This document shows positions 1-13,262 of a DNA stretch of 64,000 bases, one piece after another; positions within the stretch are counted from its first letter, which is position 1; every line of letters begins with the position of its first letter. Source of the DNA: Octopus vulgaris (Eukaryota); NCBI GenBank assembly GCA_951406725.2, contig OX597816.1:129766001-129830000 (forward strand), written 5' to 3'. Below the pieces are notes generated by a model, which made no database searches, had not been told where the DNA came from, and saw nothing but the letters and a program-made list of their open reading frames with translations. Made by a program: the position numbers and the translations under genes.

Positions 1-826
1 AGACAATGAAGATAGCAGAAAGAACTAAACAAAATAAACAGCTTAGAAAGACAAGGAAGTTGCTGACTAGATATGGGATACTCCACTCCAAAAGTGACAC
101 AGACAAATTGCACGTACCAAGAAAAAGAGGGGAGAGCGGACTAATTGGATGTGAACACAGTATTAGAGCAGAAGAAAACAACAGTATGGTATGTAAAAAA
201 AATGCCACAAAACCGCTATTATTGGAAGTAAGAAGATCAAGCTTATCTAGGATGGAAGACTGCAAAGATAAAGCACTGTACAAGCACTTGAAAATTAATG
301 AAACTGAAAATAGGTGGATAAAGAAAAGAATGCATGGTCAATTTCATAGGGATGTTGAAGATAAGATAAAGATGTAAAAAGATAAAGAATAAAAAGATGG
401 CTAGGGATTACTAAAAGTGATTTAAAACCGGAAACGGAGGCTCTAATCTGTGCTGCCCAAAAGCAAGCATTAAAAACCAATTACATCAAATACAGAATTG
501 ACAACACATCAGAAAGTGATAAGTGCAGAATTTGTTAAACTTGGGAGTTTAAGCAGTTGTGGTCGATGAAAAAGGTGGTAGTAGTACCAATAATTGTCGG
601 TAGTAGTACCAATAATTGTCGGGAACAGTGAGCAAAAATCTTGAGAAGTACTTGGAACAAGTAGGGGCTGCAATAAGGGTGGAGCACTTGCAGAAAACAG
701 CACTGCTTGGAACAGCTCGAATACACTGGATGGCGCTCGAAATATAAGGGGTGTTACCTTAATGCACTGGTAGTGAATTGCTGACACCGTAGTACATCTC
801 CAGCGTTAGAAGCTGTGCAAAGACAC

Positions 827-828
<2 letters not shown>
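1..828 (+). mobile_element. 3' part of an R4/Dong-clade non-LTR retrotransposon, decayed and internally deleted
   Basis: Translates to LHVPRKRGESGLIG, MHGQF, ETEALICAAQ, DKCRIC, WSMKKVVVVPIIVG and LQKTALLGTARI, typical C-terminal motifs of R4/Dong elements. Has frameshifts. Ends directly in (TAA)n, the known Dong target. Confidence 0.85.

Positions 829-880
<52 letters not shown>
829..880 (+). repeat. (TAA)n microsatellite (second block at 1077-1141)
   Basis: Perfect TAA repeats. Confidence 0.95.
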
Positions 881-881
<1 letters not shown>

Positions 882-1073
882 GTTTCAAATTTTGCCACAA
901 TGGCAGCAATTTTGAGGAAGGGGTTAAGTCGATGTAATTGACCCCAGTGTACAACTGGTACTTATTTTATCGACCCCGAAAGGATGGAAAGCAAAATCGA
1001 TCTCGGCGGAATTTGAACTCAGAACGTAGCGGCAGACAAAATACCGCTAAGCATTTCGCCCGGCGTGCTGACG
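881..1073 (-). mobile_element. tRNA-derived SINE, family A
   Basis: Reverse complement of the GGCGG..GGCAGAA..GTTCAAATTCCGCCGAG..TTTCATCCTTTCGGGGTCGATAA..GTACCAG consensus seen many times in the window. Flanked by TAA arrays. Confidence 0.9.
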
Positions 1074-1094
1074 ATTCTGCCAGTTAGCCGCCTT

Positions 1095-1141
<47 letters not shown>

Positions 1142-2592
1142 TTGGCCCACCAGGGCCAAATACAAAACATAGAGGGCGATACACAGACGAGGAACTAAGG
1201 TTAAACGTGTAAACAGCCAACAAATACAACGATTAACAATGAGATTAAATCAACAATATCCTTCCCCAATAGGCAGGGAGTTCCACAGTAAGGTGACCAG
1301 AAAGACCTCACGCACTTTGGACCCCTTAACACCAACGACTCCTCAGGAAGGCACCTTTCTTCTTTCCTTCCAGCCTGCAGGCACGCACTTAGAGTAACCC
1401 CATTCACGCGAGCCATTCTTGCCACATTCACCCACCTTTCAACGAACTTACTGTGTGACAGTACCTCCCTCTCCAGCCTCACTTTCTTTTTCAGCTGGAA
1501 CCCGAAAAAGTTAATGAGGCCTTGGCAAAAAGGAAGGTACCCGTCTCAACCTTGTCAATTGCATCTACTACACAGCCTCTTTCGCCATAGCCACCAGACA
1601 GAAAAATTGCCCTCCCTTCTCGACTAAAGGAAGGAGGTGGGGCGATCTTCACAATGGACTCGGACGATAGCTTCATCCGTCCTACACGTGACAATAACGG
1701 TTCGACAAAGCTCCACAAGTCAGCACTGTGCGGGCACTGTACGAGAGCATGCAGAACGGTTTCATCGCTCCGCGTGCATCTCGGACAAACCTGATTAACT
1801 GCACACCCATACCTGTAGAGCTTATCTCGAATCGGCAGCGCCCCCTTCCCAGTAGCACTGCCAGGCCAGGGATTTCTAGAAGTTATCTATAGTGTCCGAC
1901 ACTATCATGGTGACGTCGTCCGTATACGCCGACACGAACCTTTCGCATCCCAGTTCACGCGGGATGCCCCCCGAAACCCCCAGTTTCCGCAGTAATGGGC
2001 TCGAGTACCAGTACGTAGAGAAAGGGTGAGAGTGGGCATCCTTGACAGACTGAACGTGCGATAATAAACGATTCCGAGAGGTGGCTATTTACTTTGACCA
2101 CCGAACAGATGTCGCCGTACATTGCAACGATCCAGCCGCTGAAAACGGGACCGCCTTGAGGACAGCCTCCAAGTACAAATGGTCTACCCTATCGAAGGCT
2201 TTCAGTTGATCCAAATGGATCAAGGCCCCACCCATGCTAGGTTCTTTACCAATCCTCTCTATGATGTCTCGTGAGAGGTGGAGGTTGTCGTGTATAGTTC
2301 AACTGGGGGATAGCGCAAGTCTGCGTATCACCCACCAGTCAGTCAATGACAAACGCCAACATCTTTGCTAACACCTTGGCCAAAATTTTGTAATCTGTAT
2401 TTAGCAGAGTTACCGGCTTAAAGTTATCAACAATGTCTCCCTTGTTCGGATCCTATCTCAGTAGCGTCACCACACCTCGGCTCACAGATCCGGGTATTCT
2501 CCCATTCTGCTGCTAGTTGCGGAAGACGTCTACCAAAAGCTCACCCAACAAGTCTGGTACATGCATATAAAGCTCGAAGGGCAGACCATCCA
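1142..2592 (-). mobile_element. Tx1/L1-clade LINE ORF2 remnant (RT plus C-terminal CCHC finger), internally deleted
   Basis: Minus-strand translation gives DGLPFELY, NFKPVTLLNTDYKILAK, KAFDRVDH, QGCPLSP, SAYTDD and CPRC..ETVLHALVQC. The 3' end abuts the TAA array. Confidence 0.85.
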
Positions 2593-2603
2593 TTCATAAT
2601 AAT

Positions 2604-2890
2604 GGATACCCTGATGCAGTACCAGGCAGTGTCTCTCGTGGCTTTTAATCTTAACTGATTGGAAGTGCTATCATGTACATATTTTGTCTTGATATAAAAG
2701 ATGGGCTCCACCAGCAAAGTCATGCACTGTTTATCTTGATATGAGATCACCATGTCGCGCACACATGGTTATGATGCATATGCCTGGTGTACCCCTATCA
2801 GACGGGTAGTCATGATAGGTATATTGGGCTTCGTATATTTATTTGTACCCCAGCGTCGCTTTGATGGCATGCACTGCTCTCTCTTCATCA
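2604..2890 (+). mobile_element. Internally deleted copy of a TAA-associated interspersed repeat (same family as 8926-9444)
   Basis: Both halves align to the reverse complement of 8926-9444; the middle (~280 bp) is missing. Confidence 0.75.
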
Positions 2891-3222
2891 ATAAAAATGG
2901 TAAACTTTCTAAGAGAATGATTTAGCCGAGAGAGTACAGGGTACTATAAAAGAGTGCAATATAGAGTATAGTTGGTATATTACTTTCAGAAGAGGTCTTT
3001 AGAGATGTTAATCAGTGAAATCGAACATGCTATCGAAAATTGAGGAATGGGAGGAAAAAACAACTCGTGGGATATAAGCTCAGAATCCTTAAAGGGACGT
3101 AACTAAATATCGCAAAATATTTTATTCGACGCTCTGCTTCCTATCTGGACGCGACTTTTGACGAATAATAAGTTGCAAAAAATATTGAGCAGTATTTTGT
3201 GAAGAAAACTAGAAAATCAATT

Positions 3223-3300
<78 letters not shown>

Positions 3301-3637
3301 ATCGCCTAAATTAGTCAGCATGAGGAGGAGCAGTACCCATGACTTTTGTAGCCGCTCCGTTGCACAGACTGGTGTGATTGATGCAGTGGATAACCAGCCG
3401 GAACATCTACAGATCGATGATTGGAGAGAAAATATGAGCGGGAAGAGGATCGGTGTCTTCGTCAGAATGATTACAAAAGAGCGAACTCCGCTGAATATAT
3501 TCAAGGACAGATTGGTGCGTTTATGTGTGGGGAGTGAGAGAGGTGGAGGTGGAGGTGGAGAGTGATAGGGAGGGAGGGAGAGGGAGATAGAGACGAAGAG
3601 AGAGAGAGAGAGAGGTAAAGAGAGAGAGAGAGAGAGG

Positions 3638-3668
<31 letters not shown>

Positions 3669-3946
3669 CCTATTCCCGAAGCCTACGATTTGAATTATAG
3701 CCTTCAGCATTGTAAGGGGTTGTATGTACTTCATTACTTTTGACCGAGATACAAGGACTGGTTGACTGCATATTAATTTGCATGTGAGTGTGATTGGTCT
3801 GTATATATGTATACAAGTATGTATACATATACATACATACATACATATATATATACACACACAGACATATATATATATATACACACACACATACACATAT
3901 ATAAATATTATATGTATATAGACACATACATATATATATATATTTA

Positions 3947-4002
<56 letters not shown>

Positions 4003-4013
<11 letters not shown>

Positions 4014-4095
4014 TATATACAGAGATAGAAACAGACAGACAGACGGACAAATAGACAGATAAACAGACAAACAGAGGGAGAAAGAGAGAGTCAGA

Positions 4096-4126
<31 letters not shown>

Positions 4127-4164
4127 CATACATACATACATACATACATACATACATACATACA

Positions 4165-4195
<31 letters not shown>

Positions 4196-4236
4196 TCCCC
4201 TTAGTCGCATTTAGTGACAATTACATTTTTTCGATA

Positions 4237-4303
<67 letters not shown>

Positions 4304-4385
4304 TATATACAGAGATAGAAACAGACAGACAGACGGACAAATAGACAGATAAACAGACAAACAGAGGGAGAAAGAGAGAGTCAGA

Positions 4386-4421
<36 letters not shown>

Positions 4422-4460
4422 TCCCCTTAGTCGCATTTAGTGACAATTACATTTTTTCGA
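4003..4460. repeat. Tandem duplication of a unique segment between TA arrays
   Basis: CAGAGATAGAAACAGACAG...TCAGATTA(CATA)n TTCCCCTTAGTCGCATTTAGTGACAATTACATTTTTTCG occurs twice, identical except for (CATA)n length. Confidence 0.9.
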
Positions 4461-4490
4461 TATATATATATATATATATATAACATTTTT

Positions 4491-4524
<34 letters not shown>

Positions 4525-4551
4525 CACATACGTACATGCACACACGTACAT

Positions 4552-4589
<38 letters not shown>

Positions 4590-5338
4590 ACACACACACA
4601 CACAGATGGACACACACGGACAGGCTCGCGCGCCTCTCTAAGTACAGCAATAGCAGAAATAAGCAAAATTGTCAGCTTTGCTTAATCGGAAAAGTTTTAA
4701 TACCATCACAGAACCTGAACAGCTTGAATTCGAGAAATGATATTGTTTATAATTGTTTACGTAAATCAAAAGGTTATTCACAAATATTCAACGAGCAGTT
4801 CATAATACTCTCAAATTGTTTTCACTTTCATTTCTGATTTCCATCTTCCTTATTTTTGCACATTTTTTTCTTTTGTTTTCCTGTTGCGATGGAGAATTTC
4901 TTTTATATATCTTGTGATGGTGAATGGAAGAAGAGTTTTGAGTATGTTTTGAAAGCTAGCGTTATCTTTTCTCACTATACTTTCATTTACACTCTCTTTC
5001 ACTTTTTCACTTCGTTTGAGCGTCAACAATGCTTTCTGAACGGCTATAGCTAAAATCGTCTGCAATTAATATGAGTGAATAACAGCGCCATATTAATGTT
5101 TTTATTATTCATTTAATTCTTAGTTGATTTTAATTTTACACATCCAATCAAATACTCTTTATCCATTTATTTGATTTTCTCTTTATACATGTATCCAATC
5201 AAATGCTTCATTTTTGCTTTCGGTATGTAATTATTTATATCAATAGTTTAGTTTCCTCTTTCAGATTTCGTTCGAAGATCGGAACCATGGAATTTTGAAG
5301 TGTTAGTTTTAATACGCACACATGCACACACACGCACG

Positions 5339-5403
<65 letters not shown>

Positions 5404-6726
5404 AAACACACGCGCGCGCGCACGCACACAGATGACGCTCGAGTATTATAGTTTATGGTGTTTCAAACGTAAATGGAATGTTGTGGTTTTCTAACTATAT
5501 CAGTAATGACTTATATGATTTGTAATTCGATGCAGAACAGTAATTCATGAATTAGAGGAGGAAACGCAAAATGCTTTTAAGTTAATTTTTTTAACTCATA
5601 TCGTGTATATTCAATAATGAGGGTTGATTAACACAATGAGATAAGGCGAAAAACGTCTGAACAAGTATTCCGAGTGTCCGGCTGTTCCATGTGATACAAG
5701 GGCTGATCTACAGGAGGAAAGACGTGAAAGAGAAATATTCAACATAACAGCATAAAGTTATGTATAGATACTGTCCCACGTGCAGGGGAATACCAGCAAC
5801 ATTAGCAGGAATAGCAGCTTCTAGAATGCTATGCCGTAGCATTTCTAGAACAGGAGACAGCTACAAAATATTTAATCAACAAAAAAGATAGGGATGCCAC
5901 TTTGTGAAAGAAAGAGTGAGGGTTCTGCCATACCACTGTGGAAGGTCATCAGTAGCTGCCCACAAATGTCCACAAGATACTCCTTCTCCATAGGACATGG
6001 CATTGTCACTAAGACGGTAAATAATGCTATACGCAGGAAGAATTTTCCTGAAGGGCATACCAAAAACATACCAGAACCAGAGAGTATCTACACCTTAAAA
6101 TAAAGGAATAGTATTGGAACATTCCAGTAAAAAGTAGAAATTAGGTGTAAGCATATCAGACCAGATATAGTTGAATGCAAGAGGGCACAAAAGTCGTACA
6201 TCTTTTTTAGTGATCAGTTGCCCAACAGACGCGAATGTCTCGTCAAAGATTAGTGAGAAGAAAAACCTTTATGGAAGACCTTTATGTATGTATGTATGTA
6301 TGTATGTATGTATGTATGTATGTATGTATGTATGTATGTATGTATGTATGTATGTGTGTGTGTGTATGTGCGAGAGAGAGAGAGAGAGAGAGAGTGTGTG
6401 TGTGTGTGTGTATAAGTTATAATTTTATTGCCGAGTGGAGGCCTTGTAGTATGCCGTTTAAAGCCTGTTCACTACCAAAATGTATTCTAAAGGAAATAAG
6501 CGAAACGGAGATTAAAAAACAAGCCACCGGATGAGACACATCCGCACGTCCCTACGATGCACCACAGCTGTTTGTAAAGCATCTCGCCCGCGAGCCACTA
6601 GTGCACGATGGGTCGAAACGATCGTAATGATTGATAAAGAATCTCGTGAATTCCATTTTCTCTCATGTATGTGTATATATCTATGTACGTATGTATATAT
6701 ATACATATACAGGTATGTATATATGC

Positions 6727-6791
<65 letters not shown>

Positions 6792-7255
6792 CATACATAC
6801 ATACATAGCATAGCATAGTATATTATACAAGATTCTAAGTGGACTGTTTAATTCTCTCTTAGGTTTATCTCGTATATGGACTTGAAAATAACATGTAATT
6901 CAACAAACCAATGGATTGATGGTTATTTCCGTATGTCCTGCCAGAAATAGTAGCCGAATCTTCTATAACAAGGAAAGATACACAGGATGACGTAATCCTA
7001 GACAATGCTTGCAAAACAAACAGTAGTCCCCCTTTGTACGCCTTTCACCATATGCCTGCAGGACCTGGGCTGATATAGTCCAAAACATCAACAACGTGTC
7101 ATTTAGTTTGAAAGTGACGAATGAAATTTGAATCATGTTTGAATAAGACGTGACATTGACACCATTTTAGCTCTTTAGCTTCTTAGGATGTCATCGTTCG
7201 TTTTTGGTGACAAGCATGTTTCGGTTGAAAGGAGCTGTGTAGGAGGGATTCACTG

Positions 7256-7323
<68 letters not shown>

Positions 7324-7620
7324 TGTTCTCATCTAAACATTAAAACCGTTTCTCTTCCTGTTGTTGTTGTTGTCGTTGTTGTTGCTGGTTGTGGTGGTGG
7401 TGGTGGTGGTGGTGGTGGTGGTGATGAGGAGATGGAGGAGGAGGGTGATGACGACCGTCACAATCTCGACAACGATGATCATCAAATTATATACCAGTAA
7501 AGCAAAACATTATATTGCGGAATAAAAGAATTTAATTAACATTTCAAATAAATTAGTAAACTAGTAGACATACAAATGAAATACACACACACGCACATGT
7601 TCTCTCTCGTTCTATCTATC

Positions 7621-7828
7621 TTATTTCTTTATTGCCCACAAGGCTAAACAGAGGGGACAAAGAGATCAAGTCGATTACATCGATCCCAGTGCGTAACTGG
7701 TACTTAATTTATCGACCCCGAAAGGATGAAAGGCAAAGTCGACCTCCGCGGAATTTGAACTCAGAACGTAGCGGCAGACGAAATACCGCTAAGCATTTCG
7801 CCGGGCGTGCTAACGTTTCTACCAGCTC
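7621..7828 (-). mobile_element. SINE family A with the alternative (type-2) 3' tail and an 18-bp TSD
   Basis: SINE body followed by tail ...CCCCTCTGTTTAGCCTTGTGGGCAATAAAGAAATA. TSD CTCTCGTTCTATCTATCT at 7604-7621 and 7826-7843. Confidence 0.85.
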
Positions 7829-7911
7829 TCGTTCTATCTATCTGTCTATCTATCGATCTATCAATCTATCTATATCTATATATTAGTGTGCGCGCGCGTA
7901 TGTGTTGCTGA

Positions 7912-8112
7912 GCATCCCACAAACTCGCGTATTCTTAACGAATATAACTTCGTTGACCAATTGAACCACAAGTACAACTCATTTTTGCCAGCTGAGTGGA
8001 CTGGGGCAACATGAAATAAAGTGTCATGCTTAAGGACACCACACACCGCAGGGAATCGAACACACAACCTTACGATAGTGAACCGAATACACTAACCATT
8101 AAGCTATGCGCC
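7912..8112 (-). mobile_element. tRNA-derived SINE, family C (CORE-like central domain)
   Basis: Minus strand has an A box (TGGCGCATAGCTTAATGG), a B box (GTTCGATTCC), then GTGTCCTTAAGCATGACACTT..CCAGTCCACTCAGCTGGCAAAAATGAGT. A partial copy lies at ~49690-49790. Confidence 0.75.
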
Positions 8113-8249
8113 ATTACACACACACATTCACTTATACACATACACACACAAGCGTGCATGCATGAGAACATACATACATAACTACATACAATGGTGTGTG
8201 TATGTGTGTGTGTGAGAGAGAGAGAGAGAGAGTGTGTTGCGCGTGCGCA

Positions 8250-8785
8250 CTGGACTCTCTCGTCGCTACGATGAATGAGTATTCAGCAGGAGACCGTTGT
8301 AGAATGCTCTTTGTCCGATGTTTTGTCGTTTCGTTTCATGCGAGTATTCAGCCCGTCTCGAGATTTGTGGATCCCGTTGCAGACGTTGCAGTGGTTATCT
8401 CTGTTATCTGGGCTCTTTTCTTCTGCAGGATATTCATCCTGACTGCTTCAAAGGCGGAGATACCTTGGTAAGAAGAGCTTCTCCACTGGGCTCTATTCAA
8501 TACTTATGATTCCCATGTCTTCGGGGTTAACTTGCAGCTTTCAAGCAGGACTTTAGAGTGTCCTTATAACGGAATAATGGGCGGCCTTGGAGACTGGCAC
8601 TAGAGCTAAGCTAACCATAAAAGAGGGGTTTAAGTAAATGAGTACCTTTTTTATGTACCACATGGCCAATCCACATCATTTGTGCTTTGCAAAGTAGACT
8701 CTCTATGCCTAGAAAGTCACATCTTGTAAGAAACTGTGTTGAGAATATTTTGTCCCCCAAGTTAATGTTGCAAATTGGATTAAGA
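8250..8785 (-). mobile_element. RTE-clade LINE 3' fragment
   Basis: Minus translation gives GIESLLCKAQMMWIGHVV, QGRPLFRYKDTLKSCLK and a degenerate terminal finger CNVCNGIHKSRDGL. The tail resembles 28460-28505. Confidence 0.8.
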
Positions 8786-8925
8786 CAGGGGAAATAGAAT
8801 GAGTCGACGAAATAAGTACTAGTTACGCACTGGGGTCCATGTAATCGACTTATGCACTCCCCCGAATTTTAGGCCTTGTACCTATAATAGAAAGAATTAT
8901 TATTGTTGTTGTTGTTGTTATTATT

Positions 8926-9444
8926 GAGTAAGAGAGCAGTACATGCCATCAAAGTGACACCGAGGTAAAATATACAAAGCCCAGTAAACCCATCATGACT
9001 ACCACTCTGATAAGGGTACACCAGGCACATGCATCACAACCATATGTGCACGACATGGTGATCTCATATCAATATAAACAGCGCATGACCTTGCAGGTGG
9101 AGCCTAATTAGAATTTTCTTAAGGTTGAGTAGCCCATCCTGCTCAAAAGGTCCCTGAATAAGGGTTGTTTAAGAATATTGAATAAAACATCCATGTTTCC
9201 AGAGGTGAATTATCCAAATACTAAAGCATTCCTCTCAAGACATGGCTATGATGTTCCCCCACTACTTCTGCTCGTGATCAGAGGTGCACATATCGTCAGA
9301 CACTAAAGCACATGCTAAACTGGTTAAGATCAAACAACTGACGAACAAACCCGTGGTATTGAGCAGAATATTTGCTGTAGCCCATCTTTAATACCTACAC
9401 TTCTAATCAGTTAAGATCAGGAGCCATGAGAGCCAGTCTGGTAC
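8926..9444 (-). mobile_element. Interspersed repeat with TAA tail (longer copy of the 2604-2890 family)
   Basis: Homologous to 2604-2890. Bounded by (TTA/TTG)n and (ATC)n/(ATT)n arrays. Confidence 0.7.
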
Positions 9445-9468
9445 GTCGTCGTCGTGTCATCGTCATCG

Positions 9469-9560
<92 letters not shown>

Positions 9561-9978
9561 TCAGCAAATTTCGGTATGTTTAGAATTTTGTTGTCAGCTA
9601 TTGGCTATAAAACAAAGTTTCTTAATTGTTGTCAATTTCCACCTTTTTCTAGTATTTAATGCATTCTTCCAGACACATACATCATTGTTTACTCACGTGT
9701 TTACCATCAACAACTTTTCCTTTTTTTTTCTGGCAAGAAAACTAAAATACTCCTCGCTACCATCTTTTGAATCAGAAAGTCAATTTAGATAATGATTATC
9801 GCCATCATCATTAAGTGTGTAATTTAATTTGATTAAAATGTTCTTGGTTTACTACATCATATTTCTACTTTACAGTCAATATTTTTTTGTTTTAATTACG
9901 CGTAGTTGAGACTGACAGTGTATGATTGTGTAGTTTACTTCCACAAACAAATGAAATTCAGTTATTTACATAAAAAAG

Positions 9979-10180
9979 ATGGTGAGCTGGCGCGCCGGCT
10001 AAGATGTTTAGCGCCATTCCTTCCGACTCTTTACGTTCCGAGTTCAAATTCTGCCGGAGACAATTTTCGGAGACAATAAAAAAAACAAAAAAAAAAACAG
10101 TCGAGCACTAGGATCGATGTAATCGACTAACCCCCTTCCACCAAATTTCAGGTTTTGTGCTTATAACAGAAAGACTTATT
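9979..10180 (+). mobile_element. SINE family A, diverged
   Basis: GGTGAGCTGG..GAGTTCAAATTCTGCC..GATGTAATCGACT..AAATTTCAGG. Confidence 0.75.
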
Positions 10181-10745
10181 TACATTAGAGTCAGTAAAAA
10201 AAAAATGAATAGTTCGTTATTTTTTCTAATATCAAGAGCGCTTTTTTTTTTATTTTTGTCTTAAAACGAAATTAATCCCTCAAATGTTTTACACTGATTG
10301 TGTTCATAAAACTTTCATATGTAATCAATTTTACATTCAAAGTGTCGAATTACAAATGCAATACCCGTTTTGTGAACGTAAACAAAATTAGGCTGTAAAA
10401 TATTAATAGTGCAGACGACATAGGAACAGACGTGCAGTATAAGGTTTAGAGGTGGAAAGGGTTAAGAGAGATTATTTATAAGGGGAACAGGAATATAAAA
10501 ACCTAAGCCGAAACCCAACTTCAGAAACAAGGCTAGCAAACGTTAGCACACAGAACGAACTGGAGGAAGAACTAAAGAATACGGTAAAGATTAAATCAAT
10601 GAAGCATAGTGGGTTGGAGATGGAGAGAACGTCGACTAAACTTTCAGTTGGATAAAACGATGCAATGATTTCATTGCAGTTATAATGGAAACGTCTGAAA
10701 AGATGTGTGAGCTAATTGTTTAGTAACACACACACACACACACAC

Positions 10746-10821
<76 letters not shown>

Positions 10822-13163
10822 ATCATCTCTTAGTCTTTCTCTACCCTCATAAATTCTACTGTCTTCTCGTGTACTCCCTCTTCGTTCACCTTCATATTAC
10901 TTTCCTCTCAATACTACAATATTTACCCTTTCTTTCTTTCTTTTCCCCCCTCTACTTTTCTTTTCTCCATCTTTTTCTACCTCCCCTTCCTTTTTCCACT
11001 TTCTCACCCCTTCACCCTCCTTCTTTTTTCTTTCTGCTCACATCTTGTCTTTACATTTAACTTTCTCCTTTTCTCTTTCCACTTTGTATCACCGTCTCTC
11101 TCTTAACACTACTGATGAGGCTTCCGTGGGGATCTAAAGATATAACAAGAAACTGGGTTTCTATTAGTAGTTATTCAATAAGATGAAGACGAATAAGGTT
11201 GCCATTATTTTGGCAAAGATTATGTGGTTACCCAAAAATAGTTTAAGGAATGAATACCAAAAAATAAAGTTATTTACATTATCCTTTCATTTATTTACAA
11301 TATTACAATTTGTTTCTTATTAAATGAAAGGAGATGAAAAAATAACAATTTGGAAATTATCCAAAACACACACACACATAGAAAGGTACATTGGAAGTAA
11401 AACTAAATGGATGTGAATATACACGCGCGTATACACACAGGCATAGAGGGACTTGCATGAAGGTAAAGATACGCTCGTATCATAAAGTTACACACACACA
11501 CACACACTGACACAAACGTGCGCGCACATATATACACACACACGCGCACACTTACATACACATGACACTCACTCTCTCTGACAATCATACACACTTACTC
11601 TCTCTCACACTCACACACACGTGCAAAAACATACATGGATAAAAAGCTTTAAATCTAGCTACAGGGTCGGTTTACTAATCGTGTATTTCGGAACTAAATG
11701 AGACGACGCTGACGACAACGTGTGAATCGAATTGTTGTTTACTTTATCATAAAGTTTAGGTTTTTTGGAAAAGAAACTTGCCTTTTCTTAGCGCGAAAGT
11801 AAACATACGTATTTCAGCAAAAGGTGGAGTCGGTTAAGTTGCCGACAACGAGAGAGATCTGATAAAACTTTAAATTATGCTATAAGAATTCTATTTCAAA
11901 AATGTAAAAAACAAACATATTTCCTCAGCGCTTCTTCTGTGTATAATATACACGTAGCGGAAACCTGAGTAGATTTTTTTAAAGAAATATATAATAATTC
12001 ATAAACGATATATATATAATTATTTCATAATGATAAGCAGTAAAAGCAGAATTTGACTAAACTTGCAAACGAATGTTTGGAATAATATATTTTGTAGACA
12101 AAATAAACTGCTGCTTTACGGAAAAGAGGATTTCAGAGCTTATAACTTTAATCGCTTTTTTTTTTAGAAACTAAACACACCATTTATCATATTGTCCTTA
12201 AAAATCTTTCCTACACATGCTTCTGTGAATTGTCTTTCTCTTTCTTATCCTCTCTTCAAAACTTCGTACTAAAATAAGTTCAGAAGCAATCGAAATTTTA
12301 TCAAGACTATCTCCGTGATTCTTATAGACAAGCCCTACTACTAACTGACACAGTGAAGAACTCTTCAAATATTTATATATAAAAAATTTTGAAACTAATA
12401 CAAAACCTTATATATATATATATATATATATACGTATGTATATGTATGTGTATATAATACACATTCACAGTTGCTACTATTTGTACGGAATTACCAACAC
12501 TAAAGGAAGGAAAGCTTCTATTTACTAAACAATTGAGACTGCATTCCTCCTTCTGAAACTGATTTTCTGTTCCACGCTTTCGAAATTATTTGCCAGATTT
12601 TGTTAACCACTTCCTTTCCATTTAAAAAAAATTTTTTTTGTTTTGACATATCTATTTTTAGCATGTATCAGCTTTTTGTTTTAACTTCGACACGTTACTT
12701 TTACCGCTTCTCTAGACTGAAGAAACACTTTTCCTTTCTTTTTTAAAAACATCTCCAAATAAACAACGAGGCTGCTTGCTGGAGTAGAAATACCGTTCTA
12801 ACCACGTGACACACTTTCTGCTAATTCTTCGAGAGTTTCTTTTGTTGTTGCTATCCCTTTGTCTACTTTGGAGTCGTCTGGCTGCTACATCTCGCCCAGT
12901 AAACATGAGGGTCAAATTTATTTTATTATAACCATTAGAAAAAAAACAATTATTCCATCCTGCAGATATTAACAACAGAATCTAGCCAGAACCTTTTCTG
13001 TAAGGTTTATTTTACCCCTTTTTTTTCTTACCTTTCGATACTTAGTGTGAACTTTTAAACAGTTCACTAGGAATTATTTGTACGGAATTACCAACTTTGT
13101 GTTTCAAGGAGGGAAAGCTTCTGTTTACCAAGCAACCAGGGCTACACATTTCAAGGTGCCATC

Positions 13164-13262
13164 ATGACCTCGGTGTATTGTGACAATTCCAAATCGGCCA
13201 CAATGACACAATCTAAAGTTAAACAATTTCCTCCCAGTTATCAGAATGGATACATGAACGTG
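13164..13262 (+). CDS. Candidate first coding exon of an unidentified gene (MTSVYCDNSKSATMTQSKVKQFPPSYQNGYMNV)
   Basis: ATG in GCCATCATG context, 33 open non-repetitive codons, and a consensus donor G|GTAAGT at 13263. Upstream pyrimidine tract and acceptor TTCACTAG at 13070. No homology recognised. Confidence 0.4.

Noticed and set aside
3217-4837. ORFs of 66-239 aa
   Set aside because: Dominated by microsatellite translation.
11105-11175. CTGATGAG...GAAAC hammerhead-like motif
   Set aside because: No convincing stem II or stem I pairing.
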